Notes: generated by a model not told the origin, from the sequence alone. A stretch of 64,000 nt of DNA from Octopus vulgaris (GCA_951406725.2 OX597839.1:8184001-8248000), one strand, 5' to 3'; shown: positions 29,293 to 46,375, counted from the first letter of the stretch. Numbers and translations are program-made.

Positions 29293-29881
29293 TTTGTGTC
29301 TTGCTTTGGCCATTGTTTTCTATATTTTTATATAACGGTGCATTGTTTTCATTGGTGTAGACACATCTCGTTTTGTCATTATTCTTTTATTTCATTTGAT
29401 CTCTTCTGTTAACTTTAATGGCGGGGTGTTTTTTTTTCTCTATTTCAACTATTGCAATATATTTTCCAACCGTCCTGTCACCTCTTTATTTTATTAATGT
29501 TTTATCTTCTCCCTTTTTTCTCCTAACATCCTCTTAAGCCTCGCCAGATTTTCCCTTATTTATTTATTGCTTACTTCTACATAGTCCTGCGCTATTGTCT
29601 TTGATGGTCTGAGAAGATGGCCACCATTGCTCTAACCATTATTAAAACTAAATCTATATATAGACCTTCCTCACTTTATCTATCTTTCTCTCTCTCTCTC
29701 TCTCTCTCTCTTCCTCCCTCTCAATACAGTCGTGGCTTTGAGGTAGAAAGCTTGCTTCCCAACCACATGGTTCGGGGTTCAGTCCCACTGCGTAGCATAT
29801 TCAGTAAGACTTATGAGCAGATTTGGTAGACAGAAGCTGAAAGAAGCCCGACGTATATACACAGGCACATACACACACGCA

Positions 29882-29942
<61 letters not shown>

Positions 29943-30096
29943 GCGCAGGAGTGGCTGTGTAGTAAGTAGTTTGCTTACCACATGGTTCCGGGTTCACTCC
30001 CATTACGCGGCACCTTGGGCAAGTGACTTTTACTATAGCTTCGGGCCAACCAAAGCCTTGTGTGTGGATTTGGTAGACTGAAAGAAGACCGTAGTC

Positions 30097-33510
<3,414 letters not shown>

Positions 33511-33532
33511 TATATATGTATGTGTATATATG

Positions 33533-33563
<31 letters not shown>

Positions 33564-33668
33564 ATATATATATGTATGTATATATATATATATGTATGTA
33601 TATATATATATGTATGTGTATATATGTATGTATATATATATATGTATGTATATATATATATGTATGTG

Positions 33669-33845
<177 letters not shown>

Positions 33846-33850
33846 GTATG

Positions 33851-34283
<433 letters not shown>

Positions 34284-34322
34284 GTATATATGTATATATA
34301 TATATATATATGTATATATATG

Positions 34323-34381
<59 letters not shown>

Positions 34382-34643
34382 GTATATATATATGTATATA
34401 TATATATATATGTATATATATATGCATATGTTTGTGTGCCTGTGGTTGTCTCCTCTCCATCGCTTGACAACCGATTCTGGTGTGGTTGTGTCCTCGCCAT
34501 CTTGCGATTCGACAAACAACACCGATAGAATAAATACCAAGCTTACAAAGAATTAGTCCTAGGGTCGATCTGTTCGACTACAGGTGGTGCTCCAGCATGG
34601 CCGAAGTCAAATTTCAAGCTGCAATTGGATATATATATATGTG

Positions 34644-34678
<35 letters not shown>

Positions 34679-34701
34679 ATATGTATATCGTTTTTTTAGA
34701 A

Positions 34702-34792
34702 AAGCGTCCATCCCGTCTTTGATTCAATGTAGAATGAGGAATACATCCAAACTTCCTCATTCTACATTGAATCAAAGACGGGATGGACGCTT
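34702..34792. repeat. Perfect 40-bp inverted repeat with 11-nt loop
   Basis: aagcgtccatcccgtctttgattcaatgtagaatgaggaa and its exact reverse complement. Confidence 0.95.
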
Positions 34793-34896
34793 CGTTTTTG
34801 TGCTGGTGCCCCACTCCGTCGTACGCGACTGTGAGGATTTGTATCCCCAACGTTGAATTTATGATGTAATACGTGTCGTTGAAGTAGTCATTGTGC

Positions 34897-34974
34897 GCGG
34901 CTGAAGAAGGCCATAGACACACATTATGCATTGTTATAAATCCGTCTAATAAAGGCCCGAAACATATGTACCGC
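34897..34974 (+). ncRNA. Type I hammerhead ribozyme with long stem II
   Basis: gcgg-CTGAAGA-aggcc..tagac..gtcta..ggccc-GAAA-catatg-TA-ccgc. Palindromic stem III, with an A-C mismatch at the base of stem II. Confidence 0.7.
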
Positions 34975-35088
34975 TGAATCTTTGGGATCATGTTTTTATT
35001 TTGATTAATATACTCTACCACCTACACCACCAAATGGTATATACAGGTGCTTACAATTATCAAGTATTCACCCTGAATTTTTGTACCC

Positions 35089-35147
<59 letters not shown>

Positions 35148-35151
35148 TATA

Positions 35152-35540
35152 TGGCTGTGTGGTAAGTAGCTTGCTAACCAACCAGATGGTTCCGGGTTCA
35201 GTCCCACTGCGTGGCATCTTGGGCAAGTGTCTCCTGCTATAGCCCCGAGCCGACCAGTGCCTTGTGAGTGGATTTGGTAGACGGAAACTGAAAGAAGCCT
35301 GTCGTATATATATATGTATATGTATGTGTGTGTTTGCGTGTCTGCGTTTGTCCCCCTAGCATTGCTTGACAACCAATGCTGGTGTGTTTACGTCCCCGTC
35401 ACTTAGCGGTTCGGCAAAAGAGACCGATAGAATAAGTACTGGGCTTACAAAGAATAAGTCCTGGGGTCGATTTGCTCGACTAAAGGCGGTGCTCCAGCAT
35501 GGCCGCATTCAAATGACTGAAACAAGTAAAAGAGTAAAAT
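35152..35540 (+). mobile_element. Bipartite SINE family C
   Basis: Well-conserved copy of both arms within (TA)n. Confidence 0.9.
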
Positions 35541-35541
35541 A

Positions 35542-35616
<75 letters not shown>

Positions 35617-35838
35617 CATATATATACATATATATATATATATATGTACATATATGTATATATATATACATATATACGACGGGCTTCTTTCAGTTTCCGT
35701 CTACCAAATCCACTCACAATGCTTTGGTCGGCCCGAGGCTACAGTAGAAAGCACTTGCCCAAGGAGCTACGCAGCGGAACTTAACCCGGAACCATGTGGT
35801 TGGTAAACAAGCTACTTATCACACAGCCACTCTTACGC

Positions 35839-35910
<72 letters not shown>

Positions 35911-36475
35911 AATTATATATATATAATAAATTAATAAATAAATAAAACATATGCATATATACATGCATATATGTACGTACCTACCTCTACATATATATAT
36001 ACATGCATATATGGGTACAGGACACCCAAAAAACGTCGAACACAATGAGAACCGAAAACATAAACACAAAACCAAGGAAATGGACATTTTTCTTAAACAA
36101 CGGAAAAATAGAGTACAGGACATACAAAACAAGGAAAATTCCCCTTCTTCAGTCGCCTTTGTTTCATCTACTCCACGTTTATATATAATGTCAGTGCATG
36201 TATGACTGAATTGTTACTATGTGTGTCTGTGTGTTTGCTTCGAATACAATAGTTTTAAGTAATTGTATGTGCCCGATGCGATTTTAAATGATATATTAAT
36301 TGAAGTTTAAACGGGATTCTGGATGGATGACTTACTGTTGACGTCATAATACCGATCTGCGAAAAATACGAAAATGTTTCCCTGCGCCTATTTACGACAT
36401 TTCTGCTTGTAGGTTACTATTATAATAAGTTGATTTGCGTTAACGTATTTACTAATAATTTGTTTGTTTTAATAG

Positions 36476-36720
36476 AAGATTGCGACAAATGTCTGACGTA
36501 TTCAACCGTCATGGCTTCCTCGAACGACTGCGCAAAGGAACTGGGAATTTTGTCCGAAAATTTATCCCGTGTTTCACCAGGCAGGACCTAGACGACTTAG
36601 CAGAAAATGACACAGATCTTACTCCATCGGTACATTCCGATTGTTCCTCGTTGATGTTATCGTCCGTAACAGAAGATTCCCCGAGAAACCGGAATCAATC
36701 GGCTTTGACACATCAACCGG
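36476..36720 (+). CDS. Candidate exon of an unidentified host gene
   Basis: Branch-like TACTAAT, T-rich tract and TAG acceptor, open frame MSDVFNRHGFLERLRKG..THQP (ATG at 36489), G|GTGAGT donor. Non-repetitive and higher in GC than its surroundings. No recognisable domain. Confidence 0.5.
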
Positions 36721-36892
36721 GTGAGTTTTCGTGAAACACCTTCAAACTTTTATACAAGACATAAAGCTACGTAGATTGTTATATATCCCTTCTATTTATC
36801 TATCTATTTGTCTACATATCTATCGTACACACACACGCACACGAACACACGAACACACACACACACACACACGCACACACACACACCCACAC

Positions 36893-36924
<32 letters not shown>

Positions 36925-37032
36925 CAAGGCTCTCTTTACTCCGCGGACTTAGTCCCCGATAAAATATTTCAAAGCGTTGGTACAAATAATTATCTGTTTT
37001 CTATATTGAGCATCTCTGGTATTGCATTTTGA

Positions 37033-37079
<47 letters not shown>

Positions 37080-37213
37080 ATCACGTGGCCGCCAGGCTAG
37101 CAGATGTATAAATTTAAGTCACAGTATATATATATATATATATATATATATACTCAAGAAGAAAAAAACAAAACTCCTTAATGTGTCATCGTACAAAACC
37201 TATACAATATATC

Positions 37214-37520
37214 CGTGATCACCGTGACCGACCTGACTATCAGATGTTGCTACACATCGCTGGTCACAATGCGCTTCGCATTGTTTTAGCCTTCGAATGA
37301 CGCCACCCGGCTGGCTAAGCGAGCAGGCCAACAGAAGAAAGAGTGAGAGAAAGTTGCGGCGAAAGAGTACAGTAGGGATCGCCACCACTCCCTGCCGGAG
37401 CATCGTGGAGCTTTTAGGTGTTTTTGCTTAATAAACACTCACAACGTCCGGTCTGGGAATCGAAACCGCGATCCTACGGCTGCAAGTCTGCTGCCCTAAC
37501 CACTGGGCCATTGCGCCTCC

Positions 37521-37522
<2 letters not shown>
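37214..37522 (-). mobile_element. SINE family B with a third tail type
   Basis: Family B head and body followed by ..ggcctgctcgcttagccag..ggtcacggtgatcacg. Confidence 0.82.
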
Positions 37523-37606
<84 letters not shown>

Positions 37607-39127
37607 GGTATGTAGAAAAATACAACATGGACAAGAACGTATAACTCTTAGAAGACGATACAATAAACACAGACAGGACATTCGAAACCCTCAGTCTTCA
37701 GTCAAGAACCGGATCATCGTAGTAATTTCGGCTGATTAATCTTGAGATTACTAGATCACGGCCAGCCCTCCAAGAAAAACTAAGCAACGAGCATTAGAAA
37801 AACTAAGCTGGGAGCGTAGATTTCCTGGAAGAAGGATCGAATGCATACGAACACCGGGACAGCAAAAGGGACGAATATAAAAGGCAAAAAACAATAATGG
37901 AATACAGAAACATGAAATACAGAAGCATTAACGGTGAAAACAACAAGTGTCTTACGACTGATAACAAGCAAACAAATTTTCTCTAGCGCATTTGGAAAGG
38001 AGCCTTATCGGCGATGCCTTGGCGGCGGACGAAAAACAACGATGTTAACACGTCGCTGGTGGGAAGCTGAGAGGCAGATTTCGGCCAGCGGTCACGTGAC
38101 AGAGAAGAGAGAAAAGAAAAGAAAGAGAAGCAAAGGAAGGAAGAGAGAGAGAGAAGAGAGAGAGAGAGAGGAGGGACAAACGCAACGAGGGGAGAGAAGA
38201 GAGAGAGAAAGAAGGAATCAGAGAGGAGAAGGGATGGGTGTCGAAGATTGACCTGTGAGTGCAAAGCGAGACAAAGAAAGGGGAAGAGTAGACCAAAGAA
38301 TCAGAGGAAAGAGAAGAGAAAAAGAGGATGAGTAGAGAGAAAAGAGAGAGAAGGGGACAGATCAAGTAAAAGTGAGAGAGAGAGAGAGACAAACAGAGAG
38401 TCGTACCAATTTTTAAGAATATGTGCTCACATTAATGTTAAGAGGGTACGTAGCGCTTGGAATATATATTAAGGTATGTAGAAAAATACAATATATAAAA
38501 ATTCAAACATATCCTAAAATGAGGGTATAACCAACACCTGGGTGGTGATACACTTCCTGGATATAGCAACTGAAATCATCTTCAAACATCATCACACTGT
38601 CTGATCTGATTTCTATTATTAGTTTTGGTTCCATTTTCAGATTTTACTCCTACAGACACCATTTTACAAGACTTTGACCAGTTTCAACGAAGGTCTCTCG
38701 AAGGTAAATGAGAATAATAAGTGGCTTTCCTAAATTTCTGTTCACATATTTCTAAACTACTCTTTACTCTTTTACTTGTTTCAGTCATTTGACTGTGGCC
38801 ATGCTGGAGCACCGCCTCTTTTTAGTCGAGCAAATCGACCGCAGGCCTCAATTCCTTGTAAGCCTAGTACACATTCTATCGGTCTCTTTTGCCGAACCGC
38901 TAGATTACGGGGACGTAAACACACCAGCGTCGGCTGTCAAGCGACACACAAGCATATACATTATATGCTTGTGGGACTGAACCCGGAAATTTGTGGTTGG
39001 GGAGCAAACTTCTTACCTCACAGCTACTCCTGCGCCTATATATATATATATATATAGCGTTCCGTATTTCAGTCGAGTGTGTTAGTATTAATGTGGTAAC
39101 ATCGTAGATTTCGTATTGGTATATGTT

Positions 39128-39197
39128 TGGCTGAAGAAGGTAAAGCAAAATATGAGTGAGAGACATATCTTGCAAAACCTGAAACCTGCAGGTACCA
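39128..39197 (+). ncRNA. Type I hammerhead ribozyme with extended stem II
   Basis: tgg-CTGAAGA-aggt..gcaa..atatg..catat..ttgc..acct-GAAA-cctgcagg-TA-cca. Intact core with 8-nt palindromic stem III. Confidence 0.8.
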
Positions 39198-39390
39198 CAT
39201 TATCCATTTTCCGGGTGTTTCATCTTTCAGATGTTCTCCCTGGAGGTAAGACGCTTTTTTTTTCTCTATTTGTTGCACACACGCATTTTTGCTAATACAT
39301 ACGCGGTGAAACTACACATTAGCGTCGTATTTTTACGTTCGCTATTTCCAGTAAATATCGGTACTTAGTTGTGCCATTTATTTACTAATT

Positions 39391-39492
<102 letters not shown>

Positions 39493-39600
39493 TGTGTAAG
39501 TATATTCTTTACACAATATTTGAAATCATTTTATTAAATTCCTTCTTAAATTGAAATGTCAGATTTACTCCTGTACTATTTCCACCTATAATATTTTTTC

Positions 39601-39641
<41 letters not shown>

Positions 39642-39945
39642 TAGATAGATAGATAGATAGATATACATATATGTATATATATGTATATATATATATATAT
39701 ATAAATTTATATATATATATAAATTTCCAGGATCCAATAGAATCGAGGTATTTTCATGATAAGGACACCAAGGTAGAATCAAAAGCAACATACCCGTGTA
39801 TCAGCAGAGTGTATGGACACTCACGTACTTACTAGTGTATCTACGAATTCGTTCCTGTAGTTACACATACAACCACACGCACAGACCGTGGTATATAACA
39901 TGTACAACTTAATATGTTTGTAATACATATATATATATATATATA

Positions 39946-40150
39946 TGTTGAATCGTTAGCTCCTGTTTCTCTGCTTGTTTCTCTCCTTGTTTCTCTCCGT
40001 GTTTCTTTTCTGTGTATCTTTCTGTTGAAGAGCGTAGGCTCGAAACGTTAAAGACTTGTTTTATTTCTATTCCTGAGCGCCATACTAATACAATTGTTTG
40101 TTTGTACTCCACCTGCCTTCGTCTTTTGTTTATTTTCATAAAGCTTCGCG

Positions 40151-40152
<2 letters not shown>
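39946..40152 (+). mobile_element. ~205-bp element with hammerhead-like motif (40017-40054), copy 3
   Basis: tcttt-CTGTTGAA-gagc(gtag)gctc-GAAA-cg-TT-aaaga. (TA)n on both sides. Confidence 0.75.
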
Positions 40153-40200
<48 letters not shown>

Positions 40201-40858
40201 CTTCATGCATATACATTTCTCTCAAAATATATTTTCAATGATGTTTGGTGTATAATGTGAATTTCTATGAATGTGAAATTATATATAACTCTTTGTTTTT
40301 GTCAATATATAGATAACAATAGGTCAAATGAACACATCACGCCTTGTATTCCACTGATGGTCAGCGACTTCTTTATGAAAAGTTCTATTGATTTGAAACA
40401 TATTGCTCAGGTCTCCGTATATTCTGTAGATGGCCATGTGACCATGTATAGTAAATGCTCCTTTATATATTATATATATACACATATACAAATATATGTA
40501 TAATACCATATATTATACTACGCGATTTGATATACACATATATGTAGATATATATATATATGCATGTATATATATATATATAGTAGAAATATGTTACAAA
40601 AAGGAAAATATAAAATACAAAATACACGTTGAAATGTAAGGGTAAAATATGAAAAATCAACGAAAATGCATATTGCAAATAGAAAAAGGCTATTGATGAC
40701 AGGTAGCGACAAATATATACATTTAGATGGACTGAGGTAGTAATAAAAGTAATAAAAATCGTTATTATGAGATGATTATAAGATGATAATAAAGTCAGAA
40801 AACAAAGCGGACCATGGTTTCCGCAAACCTATTCATCGCTTTGAAAACACCGGCTAAT

Positions 40859-40912
<54 letters not shown>

Positions 40913-41241
40913 TATAGTAATTTTGGTAGTAATGACTTTGTCCCTCTTAGTGTGAGGCATTTATGTGTAATAATGCCCTCTATACAATATAGATATAATG
41001 AATTTGTTCAAAGGAAAAAAATTATTTTCGAATTCTTTTCTTTTATGAGGTTTTCACGCTAACTACCTGATAATTTCTTGTTAAGATTCCTTATTAAGAA
41101 GTTATCCTTAATTGTTAAATTTATATATATATATATGTATGTATGTATGTACGTGTCTGTGTCTGTGTGTCTATCTGTCTGTTTGTCTGTCTGTTTCTGT
41201 GAGTGTGTGTCTGTTTCGCGTCGATTTATGTTTTGAAATGT

Positions 41242-41317
41242 TTTAACTGAAGAAGATTTTACGTAGTGGATGCCTTTCCTATTACATATTAGGCAGACCT
41301 GAAACGTATGTATTAAA
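41242..41317 (+). ncRNA. Type I hammerhead ribozyme with long stem II, slightly decayed
   Basis: tttaa-CTGAAGA-agat..tgcct..aggca..acct-GAAA-cgtatg-TA-ttaaa. Confidence 0.65.
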
Positions 41318-41362
41318 TGATTTCGAAATAACACTAATTTGTTTGATACCATCACAACAACT

Positions 41363-41462
<100 letters not shown>

Positions 41463-42549
41463 CACAAACATAGATACACACATAAATATCATATGGGTAT
41501 ATATGAGCATATCTTAGATATGCAACCGTATGCATGAGAACACATGCATAAAACATACAAATCTGTACATACATACATACATACACCCCACATACCCACC
41601 CTGATGTCGATGTTGAAATTCTGATAAAGAAACTTTCGATCTAGGTTAAAACCGATTCTTTTTCTATTGGTAAGAAATCCTGAAATAAACTGAATAAGGA
41701 CACACATAAATAAATACATACATACATACATGCGTACATACGTACATACGTACATACATACCTACGTACATACATACATACATACATACATACATACATG
41801 TCATATCATATCATTTTCTTCCTTGTTTTCAGAGATGACAAGTCCGCTGTGTAGAATAGAATATAAAATAGGGAATCTGCCATAGCTATACAGCAAAAAT
41901 GAATTGTCCGTTTTTCTAAAAATCCTGAAAATGTAGCGGCCTTAAGCTAAGGAGAAAACACAGAGACAGAGTTATCCGGGCTTGGGTGCCACATGTGAAG
42001 ACACACTCGCCCTTTCTGGTTTAAATGAAAGTAAATTTCGTAAATGATAAAAAGTGGGTTGCAATTATTATTTACTTTTAAAATAAAATATTGAAAATCA
42101 TTATTCTTTAATTCATTAATATTGATCTGTCGGATATCATTGGCTGACAGTTTTATGGGGGAGGGGATTAGTTAAGTCGATTAGATCGATTGCAGTGTTC
42201 ATTTGCTACTTATTTTGTCAACCCAAAAGGATAAAAGGGAAAGTTGACCTCGGCGGAAATTGAACTCAGAACGTGATGACGGACGAAATGCATTTTGCCG
42301 GCGCAGTAACGATTTTGCCAGCTCGCCGCTTTTTTTTTCAAATTTTGGCACAAGGCCAGCAATTTCGGTGGAGGAATAAGTCAATTACATTGCCCCAAGC
42401 GTTTAACTGGTATTTATTTTATCGACACCGAAAAGATGAAAAGCCTCGCAACTTGGTGGAATTTGAACTCAGAACGCGACGAAGGACGAAATGCCACCAA
42501 GCATTTTGCCAGCGCAGTAACGATTGTGCCAGCTACAGGATGGTGTCCG

Positions 42550-43330
42550 TATTGTGCATGTTCTCTGGTTGATTTCTTTTTCTGAAACCCCGGCCACTTC
42601 CAAATTGTTACTCAAGCTTTTACTCCCAAAAGCAATTGCTTCAAATATTATTGGTATAAATGTGGAGGCGCAATGGCCCAGTGGTTAGGGCAGCGGACTC
42701 GCGGTCGTAGGATCGCGGTTTCGATTCCCAGACCGGGCGTTGTGAGTGTTTATTGAGCGAAAACACCTATAAGCTCCACGAAGCTCCGGCAGGGATGGTG
42801 GTGATCCCTGCTGTACTCTTTCACCACAACTTTCTCTCACTCTTACTTCCTGTTTCTGTTGTACCTGTATTTCAAAGGGTCGGCCTTGTTACTCTCTGTG
42901 TCACGCTGAATATTCCCGAGAACTACGTTAAGGGTACACGTGTGTCTGTGGAGTGCTCAGCCACTTACACGTTAATTTCACGAGCAGGCTGTTCCGTTGA
43001 TCGGATCAACTGGAACCCACGTCGTCGTAACCGACGGAGTGCTTCCATTTCCATCCATTGGTATAAATGTGAATCCATAATCTAGGTATGGAAGCTGAAG
43101 GCTTCGAATAAGTTTTCTGTAATTATTTAATTTTCTTTGGTTTACGAAGAAGTGCTTCAATCTCTATGAGCAGTTGATCTCTGTGAGGTAACAAGTTTTA
43201 TCATGCCTGTCAGGAACAACAATATCCCGTCTTTTACGTTTTCACTTGCTAGAAGTTTACGATGGGAAGCACCAAGAATATTCCTTGTGTTTATATTTAT
43301 ACATGTATTTACTAACCAGCGGAGGTATCT
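42550..43330 (-). pseudogene. R4/Dong-like LINE restriction-like endonuclease remnant, split by SINE B
   Basis: KEYSW..RRDIVVPDRHDKTCYLTEINC..RKLNNYRKLIRSLQLPYLDYGFTFIPIIFEAIAF. Resembles the RPD-x-E..K..Y..P...GALG RLE motif. Confidence 0.6.
42662..43056 (+). mobile_element. SINE family B, full length
   Basis: Complete copy with (ttcca)-like tail and TSD attggtataaat(gtg). Confidence 0.92.
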
Positions 43331-43427
43331 ATATATTTATGCCAGGACAGTCTTATTTTTTTTAGATGACGTTGTATATAATCAATAATAAATATCTGAG
43401 CGAGGTATAAACATTAACCTGCACGAC

Positions 43428-43564
43428 ATCGTGAAGTATATTTGCCACTTAAATGTGGCTAACCCTTAAGGGTGGATGCTACTGTAGATTGTAGCCCCAG
43501 GTGTCCTCCTGGGGCTACAAGCTTAAGGGTTAGCCACATTTAAGAGACAAATATACTTCACGAT
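43428..43564. repeat. Compound fold-back palindrome
   Basis: 43-bp outer arms with 2 mismatches plus 13-bp inner arms ttgtagccccagg/cctggggctacaa. Confidence 0.9.
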
Positions 43565-44086
43565 TGTATATAATGTTTTAGAGACAATGTTCAGTCTCAT
43601 TGGGACATAGTGGCTTGATATTTTTGTAAAAAGACTGATCCCATCTTTGGTTTTATTGTAGTTATGATGTAGGTAGCAAGTGTATATATATATATACGAC
43701 AGGCTTCTTTTAGTTTCCGTCTACCAAATCTACTGAGAAGGTTCTAGTCAGCCCCAGGATATAGTAGCAGACACTTGCCTAAGGTGCCATGCAGTGGGAC
43801 TGAATCCCGGACCATGTGCTAGGTAAGCAAGCCACTTACCACAGAGCCACTTCTGCGCCTATATATATATATTTTACTCTTTTACTTGTTTTAGTCATTT
43901 GACTGCGGTCATGCTGGAGCACCACCTTCAGTCGAGCAAATCGACCCCAGGACTTATTCTTTGCAAGCCTAGTACTTATTCTATCGGCCTCTTTTGCCGA
44001 ACCGCTAAGTTATGGGGACGTAAACATACCAGCTTCGGTTGTCAAGCGATGTTGTGGGGACAAGCACACACACACACAGGCACACG

Positions 44087-44156
<70 letters not shown>

Positions 44157-44470
44157 TATACGACGAGCTTCATTCAGTTTCTGTCTACCAAATCTACTCA
44201 CAAGCCTTACTTACCACACAACCACTCCTGCGCTTATATATATATACATGTGTGTATGTGTGTGGACACGTACGCACAAAAAGATGTATGTGTACGCGCA
44301 TGCGCGTAGATTGTTGGTGGGAGAAAGCCAAGAGTGTGAGAGATGAATATCAACATACAGAGTAATCATTTAAAATTGACTTGGACGTTCATCAATCACC
44401 CAAATTCATTGAAATTTGTTCTCACAAGCACAAACTTAGACACAAATAACGCCGGTTGCGTACGTATATG

Positions 44471-44528
<58 letters not shown>

Positions 44529-44593
44529 AATATATATATATATATATAAATGTATATATATATATATGTAATATATATATATATATATAAATG

Positions 44594-44654
<61 letters not shown>

Positions 44655-45129
44655 ATGTGTGTGTGTGTACTTGAGTGTGTTTGGACATACATATATGGAC
44701 ATATATGCAGACGTGCATGCATTCATACAAAGATACACATATACACGCATACATACACACACGCACATACGCATACATACCTTCCATGCATACATACATA
44801 CATGTCTTAATGATAATTTAGCTTTTGTGCCGCTAATTACTTCTTCACAATATAGCTCAATATCTAAGTAATGATCTGGAAAAAGCTCCGGTTTTCGGAC
44901 AAAGAAAACCCGCATATTGCAAACACAAACTGTCAGCTGTTGACTAAAACAATGGAAGAATATTCTAAAGTTTAGCCTGTGACACTTCACCGCTGTTGTT
45001 ATCTAAATTCCAGCGATGGATTTTGTTTCTTTGTAAGAAACCAGCTACTTCAGTAAACGAAGAATTCGCATAAGATAAGAGGTATAAAGTGGGCATATAC
45101 ACACTTGCACGCATAGAGAGATAGATATT

Positions 45130-45166
<37 letters not shown>

Positions 45167-45191
45167 GGATGGATGGATAGACGGATGGATG

Positions 45192-45229
<38 letters not shown>

Positions 45230-45251
45230 CAGATGGACAGATAGATAGACA

Positions 45252-45290
<39 letters not shown>

Positions 45291-45392
45291 ATGGTATCAT
45301 TAAAATGCCATCGCAAGTGGTAAGCGAATTATTAGCCGTACAGGTAAATTAATAAAATATATACATACAATATGAGATATGTAGTTATATAG

Positions 45393-45433
45393 AGAAGGGT
45401 ACTACATGAGTAGTACTCATGTAGTACCCTTCT
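45393..45433. repeat. Perfect palindrome with 20-bp arms
   Basis: agaagggtactacatgagta-g-tactcatgtagtacccttct. Confidence 0.95.
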
Positions 45434-45479
45434 GTATATATATATATATATATATAGATAGATATATATATATATATAT

Positions 45480-45513
<34 letters not shown>

Positions 45514-46375
45514 GTACGAGTGAAAGGACTAACCAAAGAAAAGTGTACACAAAACATTTAATAGGAGTTACATGTATTATTTGAAACACTTTGTTTCGTT
45601 TCCCTACCAATTCAAGTTTCACATGCCCTTAAGGAGGGCCTGACTCCGTCAGGAGCCTTTAGAAGTCGGTCTTCCTTTAGGGACCTGCAAACCTGTTGAA
45701 TGCTCGAAATGAGGAGTAGATAGACAGCCGACAACTGATGAAGGGTCCTTTCTCTTTGTATAATTACCCTGTTTTCTATTTTTTCTCTTTGTTTACGTAT
45801 TTAACTCGTTTGTTTACGTATTTCACGTTATTTGCACCGTTGGTGACGTCCTGTACCCATAATGCATGTATATATATATATATGTGTGTGTGTGTTATAT
45901 ACACATATATGTATATACACACAGGCTCATAATTGAATGGAGCTCCACCTGCGGCGGCCACGAGTGTTTAGAAGCCGGTATTGGTTTGTTTACATCTCTG
46001 TAACATAGTGGTTAAGCACAAGAAACCGATAGATTCAGTAGTACCAACCTTACAAGATAAGTACTGGCATCTCATTGTTCGAATATAAACACTTTAAAGG
46101 GGAGCCGTGGCACGAGCCGCAGCCAGATTGGTGGAAGAGAAGATGAATGACGATTATACGTACGTATTATTTTATTTTTTCATTTTATCTACTTTCAGCT
46201 CACGAGCTGTGGCCATGCTGGGGCACCGCCATTGTAATTAATGTATGTATATGAATGGACCGTTATATACGCAGACTGACTGACAGAGAGACAGACAGAC
46301 GGCCGAACAGGTAGACATATAGACAAAACACGAAGACAGACAGACAGACAGACATACAGACAGGCAGACATACAA

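Noticed and set aside
37670-37705. CTGAAGA...GAA on the minus strand
   Set aside because: Stem II does not pair and GAAA is incomplete.
42662-42735. Possible tRNA-Arg gene
   Set aside because: It is the head of a multi-copy SINE with TSD and continues into SINE body.
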